Shown here: in pieces, positions 57,651 to 64,000 of the stretch | Layout: each line of letters starts with the position of its first letter | How positions within the stretch are numbered: the first letter of the stretch is position 1 | Source: a virus | Taxonomy: Duplodnaviria; Caudoviricetes | IMG/VR virus record: IMGVR_UViG_3300028833_000067 | Location: 96,001 to 160,000 of that record | Length of the DNA stretch: 64,000 nucleotides | Strand: one strand, 5' to 3' | Program-made: the position numbers and the translations under genes | The notes under the pieces: generated by a model | What the model was told of the DNA's origin: nothing | Database searches by the model: none | The model's input: the letters and a program-made list of their open reading frames with translations, nothing else

Positions 57651-57689
57651 CTGATTCCGTATGTGTTGGTCCGATTCCAACAGGGACTG
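57651..57689 (+). pseudogene. orphan 3' half of a tRNA (possibly Gln CUG)
   Basis: CTG-AT-TCCGT-ATGT-GTTGG-TCCGATT-CCAAC-AGGGACT-G. Confidence 0.4.
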
Positions 57690-57707
57690 CTTTTAGGAGG
57701 GATTATT

Positions 57708-58025
57708 ATGGATAAGAATGAAACTCCAATCTATGAAATTTATGTAATGAGTTATCCTTGGTATCTAGATGATAAAAAGATGCCAAATTGTGGTATACGA
57801 GAACGAGTTGGGTTTTATTATGATAAAGAAGATGCTATCCGAGCGGTAGAAGAAAATTGGTGTGACTTGCAAGACCACTATGCCCAAGCCGCAGAGATTT
57901 GTAAAGTAGAACCCGGTCTTTATTCCGTTCCCTCTCGGCGCGAATATTGGTACTTTCTATGGAATCAAAAAGAAGAAAAATTTGAAATTGCGCGGAAACC
58001 GAAGTTTGAAGGATGGGATTATTAA
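57708..58025 (+). CDS. hypothetical protein
   Basis: AGGAGG RBS; R.VGFY....DA..AVEEN.CD motif. Confidence 0.7.
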   Translation: MDKNETPIYEIYVMSYPWYLDDKKMPNCGIRERVGFYYDKEDAIRAVEENWCDLQDHYAQAAEICKVEPGLYSVPSRREYWYFLWNQKEEKFEIARKPKFEGWDY

Positions 58026-58448
58026 GTGAAAGTATATACATCATATTGGGCTCAAGTAAAGAAATTTCCTACTAATTTAATCGGCTTAAATACTACAATG
58101 TTTCCTCCGCGTTATAGACCACTTGGGTATGATAATAATGGAGTACTTGTTTTAAATTGTAAACCTTTAGTGCCCGGAAATGCTTGTGGTCATTTGTGTC
58201 GAGGAGAGTGTGACCCTCCTCATCCACAAGATTGTGCTTTTCTTCAAACCTATAAAGCACAACTAGAAAAGATTAATTTTAATGAGTTTTATTCTTATAT
58301 GGAAGAATTAAGTAAGAAATATAATAATTCCGATTTTGCTTTTATTGTATTTGAACCACCATATCGACCTTGTAGTGAACGTGGAGTAATTCAAAATTGG
58401 TTTCATACGTATAATATTGAATGTGAAGAATGGAATCCTAATATTTGA
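58026..58448 (+). CDS. DUF488-like hypothetical protein
   Basis: KVYTSYW...Y..QL...FE.P...CSER..I..W. Confidence 0.6.
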   Translation: MKVYTSYWAQVKKFPTNLIGLNTTMFPPRYRPLGYDNNGVLVLNCKPLVPGNACGHLCRGECDPPHPQDCAFLQTYKAQLEKINFNEFYSYMEELSKKYNNSDFAFIVFEPPYRPCSERGVIQNWFHTYNIECEEWNPNI

Positions 58449-58498
58449 CTTTATCTAAATTTTCTGTTATAATATATTTACAGAAAGGGGAGATAGAG

Positions 58499-58861
58499 AT
58501 GCGTAAGTATAGTATGAAGTCTCATAAGCGTAAGAACCATCAGCGTTGGTTTAATCAGTATGTACGTTATATCAACAAGAGCGTGGAAGAAGATGACCTT
58601 TGGCTTGGGCGTTTTTATGTAACTCAAAATGAAACCCGTATGGAATGGTTTGAAGATGGAAGTGGCGGCATAATGCGCGCTTATCTTACTATGCATGACC
58701 ATAAGACTGGAATTACTCGTAATAAATGGTATGATGGGCTTGATATGGATTGGCGCTTTTGGCAAGACTTTAATGACTTTATTATCGAAGATTGTAAAGT
58801 CTGGGAAGAAGTTCCTGATGTACGTATAAATCGCATCGACTATCGAAAGGAGAAGAAATAA
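58499..58861 (+). CDS. hypothetical protein
   Basis: Promoter at 58445; N...E.DDLWLGRF motif. Confidence 0.7.
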   Translation: MRKYSMKSHKRKNHQRWFNQYVRYINKSVEEDDLWLGRFYVTQNETRMEWFEDGSGGIMRAYLTMHDHKTGITRNKWYDGLDMDWRFWQDFNDFIIEDCKVWEEVPDVRINRIDYRKEKK

Positions 58862-59088
58862 TGTTTTATAAGTATAAGGTTGGTTGGTATGATTCTTATC
58901 AGGATAAGGAAACTTACAGCGAAGGTATTGTATGCGCTAACGACTACGGTACCGCCGCGAATCGAGTAATTTATTCATATGGTAAAGATACTGTATTTAA
59001 TCTTTACCTTGAAGAAATTATAGTGAATGATGATGAAGATTATTGTCTTTCTAAGGAAGATCTTGAATCTACTTTCAAGGAAGATTAA
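58861..59088 (+). CDS. hypothetical protein
   Basis: Coupled ORF, 75 aa. Confidence 0.65.
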   Translation: MFYKYKVGWYDSYQDKETYSEGIVCANDYGTAANRVIYSYGKDTVFNLYLEEIIVNDDEDYCLSKEDLESTFKED

Positions 59089-59093
59089 TAATA

Positions 59094-59424
59094 TAGCGCT
59101 TGATGGGTGCAGGCGCATTAAAAATATGTAACCATCTCTCGTAAGTAGGGGATAGGGAGTATGAATCCAGCTATACGAGATGAGTCCTGAAGCCCATGAC
59201 TCTAATGGACTATGCGTGATTGGATATTAATCCTAAAAAGAGTTTGAAACGCTAGGCGCCTTCGAGTACGCGGCCAGCTCGTTAAATCGGCCTCAGAGGT
59301 ACCAGTCACTCTGTATAATAACGACTGTGTATCATAGGTGTGATGGCGGCGGCACCTAAAATCGCCACCGTACGGCGTCAGTGGGATAATGCTTTAAGCA
59401 AAAGTTGCCCCTTAAGACTGGCAA
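59094..59424 (+). ncRNA. structured RNA ending in four tandem H-type pseudoknots
   Basis: CGAG/CTCG+GGCC/GGCC; CAGAG/CTCTG+CAGTC/GACTG; AGGTG/CACCT+TGGCG/CGCCA; TTAAG/CTTAA+TTGCC/GGCAA. Confidence 0.55.
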
Positions 59425-59433
59425 ATTTACTTC

Positions 59434-59460
59434 GGGACAGCAATAGCTGTCCCACTTTTT
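59434..59460 (+). terminator. intrinsic terminator
   Basis: GGGACAGC-AATA-GCTGTCCC + T tract. Confidence 0.8.
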
Positions 59461-59518
59461 ATTTGACTTTTAACTAAAATTAATGTATAATTTTTATATA
59501 AGAAAAGGAGTTGATATT

Positions 59519-59986
59519 ATGCCGATTTTGTATATTCTCTGCGGACCGAGTGGATGCGGAAAAACTACCTGGGCTATGAATTTTATGAAAGAACATGATA
59601 ATATTCATTATGTATCTCGGGATGAAATTCGTTTTGAATTGGTAAAACCCGATGAGAGTTATTTTTCGCGCGAAAAAGAAGTCTTTCGGTGCTTTGCTAA
59701 TACCATTCGGCATACTCTTGTTGATGGCTTTGATTGTATTGCCGACGCCACTCACTTAAATGAATTTTCGCGTCGTAAGCTAACACAAGCAATTGATATG
59801 TATTTTAAAGATTATGAAATTGTTTATGTTAGTTTTAATGTAAGCGCAGATACATGTATTGAACATAACGCCAATCGTGAAGGCAGGGCGAATGTGCCTG
59901 AAACTGTAATTCGTAATATGTGCCGTGATTTTAGAACTCCTTCTATTGAAGAAGATGAACGTGTGAAAGAGGTAATTGAAGTATGA
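59519..59986 (+). CDS. polynucleotide kinase-like P-loop protein (AAA_33)
   Basis: GPSGCGKTT, VSRDEIR, IADATHL, R.G..VPE.VI. Confidence 0.85.
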   Translation: MPILYILCGPSGCGKTTWAMNFMKEHDNIHYVSRDEIRFELVKPDESYFSREKEVFRCFANTIRHTLVDGFDCIADATHLNEFSRRKLTQAIDMYFKDYEIVYVSFNVSADTCIEHNANREGRANVPETVIRNMCRDFRTPSIEEDERVKEVIEV

Positions 59987-60603
59987 GCGAGATTTTCTTC
60001 ACGAGTGATACTCATTTCGGGCACCAGCCCGAGTTCCTTTGGAAGCCTAGAGGTTTTTCTTCTGTAGAAGAAATGGATGAAGCCATTATTGAAAATTGGA
60101 ATAAAGTAGTAAAACAAGGAGATATAGTATATCATCTTGGAGATACTATGCTCAACGATAATGTACATGGACTTGAATGTTTCAAGCGGTTAAATGGACA
60201 GATTTTTCTTATCTACGGAAACCATGATACTAATGCTAGAAATAATTTGCTTTTTACAGATGACCGTACCATACATAAAATGCTCGGCGGCTGGTATGCT
60301 TGGCTTATTAAATATGGTAAACTTTCCATTTACATGAGCCACTATCCCACGCTTACAAGCAATTATGATCAGAAACACTTCAGCCAGCATGTACTGAGCC
60401 TTCACGGGCACACTCATCAGAAAACAAATTGGCTTGACCCGAAAAACCCCTTTCTTTATCATGTTGGCCTAGACTCCCATAATAATACGCCAGTTCATAT
60501 TGATGAAGTAATCACAGATATTCGTCAGCGTTGGGAAGAAATTGGGCGTCTGCCAGTACCAGTTCAGCCGCAAGATACTTATCCATATACTTCTATTATT
60601 TGA
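59983..60603 (+). CDS. calcineurin-like metallophosphoesterase
   Basis: SDTHFGH, HLGD, GNHD, SHYP, HGHTH. Confidence 0.9.
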   Translation: MSEIFFTSDTHFGHQPEFLWKPRGFSSVEEMDEAIIENWNKVVKQGDIVYHLGDTMLNDNVHGLECFKRLNGQIFLIYGNHDTNARNNLLFTDDRTIHKMLGGWYAWLIKYGKLSIYMSHYPTLTSNYDQKHFSQHVLSLHGHTHQKTNWLDPKNPFLYHVGLDSHNNTPVHIDEVITDIRQRWEEIGRLPVPVQPQDTYPYTSII

Positions 60604-60889
60604 CTTTATTTAAATCTATGGTATAATAATTATGTTAGAAGATAATAAGTGCTTAATTGGGTCGCCATGTGAACATTGTATAAGTAGCTGTACATTTAGA
60701 ATAAGAAAGGATAAAAATATGGAACAAGATAAACATCCATGTGATAATTGTCCACCTCCGCATATGTGCGGTCATTGTACTTTATGTGAAGAATGGGAAA
60801 AAACTCATCCTAAAAAAGAAATCAAAGAAAAATATGAATGGGAATAACCTACGGTCTTGATAAAGACTAAGATGAAAAGGAGAATGAAA

Positions 60890-62380
60890 ATGAACAAACT
60901 ACTAAAGAATCTAAAAACTGAAACCAATTATACTCATACTGAAAATGGCGCCCTTACTCATAAGTCGACCCTTAATAAGGTGCTGGATATGTTTGCTATG
61001 GGCGGTTCTATGCGGAATCGCTCGGACGATGACGTTATTAATATGTTCAAGCAGGCATACGAAGAGAATAAGACTCTCGCACTAAAGTGCCTCTTCTATA
61101 TGCGCGATATACGTGGTGGCGCAGGCGAGAGACGTTTTTTCCGCATTTGCATCAAGTGGCTCGCTAATGAGTATCCAGAAGAGATGGAGCACCTAATTCC
61201 TTTCATTAGTGAATATGGCCGCTATGATGATCTTTTTGAGCTATTTGATACTCACTGCGAAGCCGCGATGATGGGATATATCTTTCATGTTCTTAATAAG
61301 AATGAAGATCATCTTATTTATAAATGGATGCCTTCGATCAACGCATCTTCTAAAGAAAGCAAGATTCGTGGGCGTAAATTCGTGCGTGAATTTGGCATGA
61401 CAGAGCGTCAGTATCGTCAGATGCTTTCTGAAGGTCGTAAAGCTTGCCATCTGGTTGAAACTCTTATGAGCCAGAATCAGTGGGATCAGATTGCGTTTGA
61501 TCATCTGCCTTCTCGCGCAGGACTTCTTTATAAGAATGCCTTCATGCGCCGTGAAGAAACTAAAGAGCGCTATGCTGAATTTATGTCCCGCAAGGACGCT
61601 AAAGTAAATGCAAGTGTATTGAATCCTGTCGAAATCGCGCACCAGATTCTCAATACATGGCGCACTCCCTCTGCTACTGAACGTCAGGCTTGGCAGAAGT
61701 ATTGGGATAATCTAAAAGATTATTACAATGGCCGCGAAGAGCCTGGCATCGCAGTAGTTGATGTAAGTGGTAGTATGAATGGCACTCCTATGGAAGCCGC
61801 AGTTTCTATGGGCGCGTATATTGCCGAACGTGGAAAAGGCCCGTTCCAGAACCACTTTATTACCTTTAGTGCTAATCCACAGCTTGTAGAATTCGAAGGC
61901 GTGGATATTTATGACAAGTTTAAGCGCGCAATAGAAGCAGACTGGGGACAGAATACGAACCTCGAAGCAGTATTTGATATGCTGCTGGAGACTGGTCTAC
62001 GTAATCATGTGCCAGACGCTGAAATGCCTAAAACAATTTACATATTTTCAGATATGGAATTTGATGACGGCTTGACTTGCGGCGCACGTACCACTGATCG
62101 TTGGGGACGCGTTCATTCGATGAATCGCTCACAGATTGATACACTCATTGAAGCCAAAACTAAAGAGTGGATGCGGGCAGGATATACAGTACCAAGAGTA
62201 ATCTTTTGGAATCTTGACGCTCGTCAGCCTAATATTCCAGCTATTGGCCCGGGGTTCTCTTATTGCAGTGGTTTCTCTATGAGTGCGCTTGAAGGAGTAC
62301 TCTCTGGTAAAGATGGCGTCGAAATGATGCGAACTGTACTAGAAGGAGAGCGCTATGCGCCAATTTCTAGTGTTCTATAA
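60890..62380 (+). CDS. DUF2828 / TROVE(Ro60)-like protein with C-terminal vWA domain
   Basis: TENGA, RDIRGG.GERR, YGR.DDL, KWMPS, VVDVSGSM (MIDAS), IFSDMEFD, VIFWNL, SGFS. Confidence 0.8.
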   Translation: MNKLLKNLKTETNYTHTENGALTHKSTLNKVLDMFAMGGSMRNRSDDDVINMFKQAYEENKTLALKCLFYMRDIRGGAGERRFFRICIKWLANEYPEEMEHLIPFISEYGRYDDLFELFDTHCEAAMMGYIFHVLNKNEDHLIYKWMPSINASSKESKIRGRKFVREFGMTERQYRQMLSEGRKACHLVETLMSQNQWDQIAFDHLPSRAGLLYKNAFMRREETKERYAEFMSRKDAKVNASVLNPVEIAHQILNTWRTPSATERQAWQKYWDNLKDYYNGREEPGIAVVDVSGSMNGTPMEAAVSMGAYIAERGKGPFQNHFITFSANPQLVEFEGVDIYDKFKRAIEADWGQNTNLEAVFDMLLETGLRNHVPDAEMPKTIYIFSDMEFDDGLTCGARTTDRWGRVHSMNRSQIDTLIEAKTKEWMRAGYTVPRVIFWNLDARQPNIPAIGPGFSYCSGFSMSALEGVLSGKDGVEMMRTVLEGERYAPISSVL

Positions 62381-62395
62381 ATTCTCTCTTTTTGA

Positions 62396-62427
62396 AAAGT
62401 CAAGCAACTTATTGCTTGACTTTTTTC
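62396..62427 (+). terminator. intrinsic terminator overlapping next -35 box
   Basis: AAAGTCAAGCAA-CTTA-TTGCTTGACTTT-TTT. Confidence 0.7.
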
Positions 62428-62467
62428 TTAATTTCGAGTATAATTATTATAGTAAGGAGATGATAGT

Positions 62468-63367
62468 ATGTGGACAGAAGATGAAATTTTAGCTATTCCA
62501 GATAAAGGCATAGATTGCCGAGGAATAACATATCAAAGAGTCTCTTTATCTTCTCGTATGGAAGATTAGAGCGGTATTATACATGGACGTTTATTACCAT
62601 TATTTCCGATATTAAAACCTAATACTAATAAAAAAGAATGGTTGTGCTTATGCTCATGTGGTAATATAAAAGTAGTAAATAGTTCTAATCTAAAGTCTGA
62701 AAAAATTACTAGTTGTGGTTGTTTACGCTCTGAAACTACTGCCAATCATATTACTGCGATTAACCATGCTAGAAAAGAAGATTTTACTGGTAGAACTATA
62801 AAAGACTTATATGTTTTAGAACTAGATAAGGAAATGTCATTTACTCATTCTCAAAATGGGTCAATACATTATTATTGGAAGTGTCAATGTACTAATTGTA
62901 ATAATATTATGTCATTACGCGTTGATACTCTAAAAGATACCAAAAGAGTTTATTGTCGTTTTTGTAATGCCACCAAGTCAGTAGGCGAAATATTAATTAG
63001 AAATCTATTATTACAGAATAATATTCCTTTTACAGAAGAACAAACATTTTCCAATTGTATTTTTCCAGACACTAAAGCTAAAGCTAAATTTGATTTTTAT
63101 GTCAATAATCAATATTTAATAGAGTATGATGGAACTCAACATTTTAGAGCCTCAAGTATGTTTCCTGATATTAGTAAAATTCAAGAACATGATTATATAA
63201 AGAATTTATGGTGCTATCAGAATAATATACCACTAATTAGGATTCCGTATAGTCATGTAGAAAATATAAAAATAGAAGACTTACGGCTTGAGACAACTCA
63301 GTATAGAATGGAGTATGAAAATGGAAGATTTATTATCAAAAGTAAAGCAACATCACTTTATTGTTAA
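62468..63367 (+). CDS. putative homing endonuclease, paralog of 4631..5677 (one TAG)
   Basis: WLCLCSCGN..SCGC; KFDFYV...LIEYDG.QHF..LIRIPY. Confidence 0.75.
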
Positions 63368-64000
63368 AAAACATTTACCCGAAACCAGCCCCGTAATGAC
63401 GGTATTAATAGGTTCGAACAATTATGAATTAGATACTCCCGAAAGTGATGTAGATACTTTTACATTTGTCTTTCCTAGTTTTAAGGATATGGCGTTCGCG
63501 CGCGATCCTATCAGTGGAGAAGTTGAGGTAGCCGATGGAAAATGTATGTATAAAGATATTCGTCTTGCTCTAAATCTGCTCAAGAAGACTTCTCCTAATA
63601 GTCTTGAATGCTTTGCTAGTAAGCATCGTTATTATGAGCCAAAATATGCTAGTATTTTAACAAAGTATTTAGATAATGAAAATACACTAAATAAAATGGT
63701 TCATTGCAACTATGAACATATGCTTTACGCAATGGCGGGAATGGCTCATTAGCTTACTAAACGCAATATGTCCGCAGGAAAACGTTATTCACACGCGCTA
63801 CGGCTTTATAGTATGAAAGATAACTTCTTAAATTTTACAGATACTTTTCAGCTGCTTAAACTCTTACCGCGCGATTATCAAGAGGCACTTCATGCAAAGC
63901 GTGATACTATGGAGTCGCATGATGCATACTACAATGATGGATGCGTAAGTATTGCAAATATTCTAGACGATTGCCGTGATAAATTTAAAAAGACTTCTAT
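63321..64000 (+). CDS. Pol-beta-superfamily nucleotidyltransferase (RlaP-like), partial; reads through TAG 63750
   Basis: LIGSNNYELD..ESDVDT GS-DxD motif; frame continues past TAG to the window edge. Confidence 0.7.

Noticed and set aside
44992-57700. HDV-like (theta), hammerhead or twister ribozymes next to tRNAs
   Set aside because: Expected in recoded phages, but I could not trace a nested double pseudoknot with catalytic C or a CUGANGA/GAAA core by eye; needs a motif search
59434-59453. Sixth stem-CAGCA element
   Set aside because: CAGCAA here lies within a simple terminator hairpin with no enclosed module

Overview
A 64-kb segment of a large AT-rich tailed (jumbo-type) bacteriophage genome, probably infecting gut or rumen Clostridia. 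It uses genetic code 15 (TAG = Gln), so the supplied ORF track fragments many genes; coordinates below are re-called with TAG read through. Layout: (i) 0.3-4.6 kb, small TAG-free early-type genes; (ii) 4.6-44.2 kb, TAG-containing virion and lysis genes, including a ~3190-aa giant protein, tail fibres, a BspA-like LRR protein, NlpC/P60 lysin, holin and SpoIID-like hydrolase; (iii) 44.7-59.5 kb, a dense tRNA/ncRNA island; (iv) 59.5-64 kb, an RNA end-healing/TROVE-like cluster. The most striking features are in the island. The amber-suppressor tRNA (CUA) is split inside its anticodon by a 175-nt group I intron and sits behind an intrinsic terminator. A free-standing RNA copies the uL11-binding domain (H43-H44) of 23S rRNA; loss of uL11 weakens RF1/UAG termination, so it may help switch the code. 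Several tRNAs carry nested tRNA-like inserts in the anticodon loop. A five-copy 'stem-CAGCA' RNA family carries either isolated anticodon arms or a circularly permuted (YrlA/Y-RNA-like) tRNA module, near a TROVE/Ro60-like gene. All structures were folded by eye; no searches were run.
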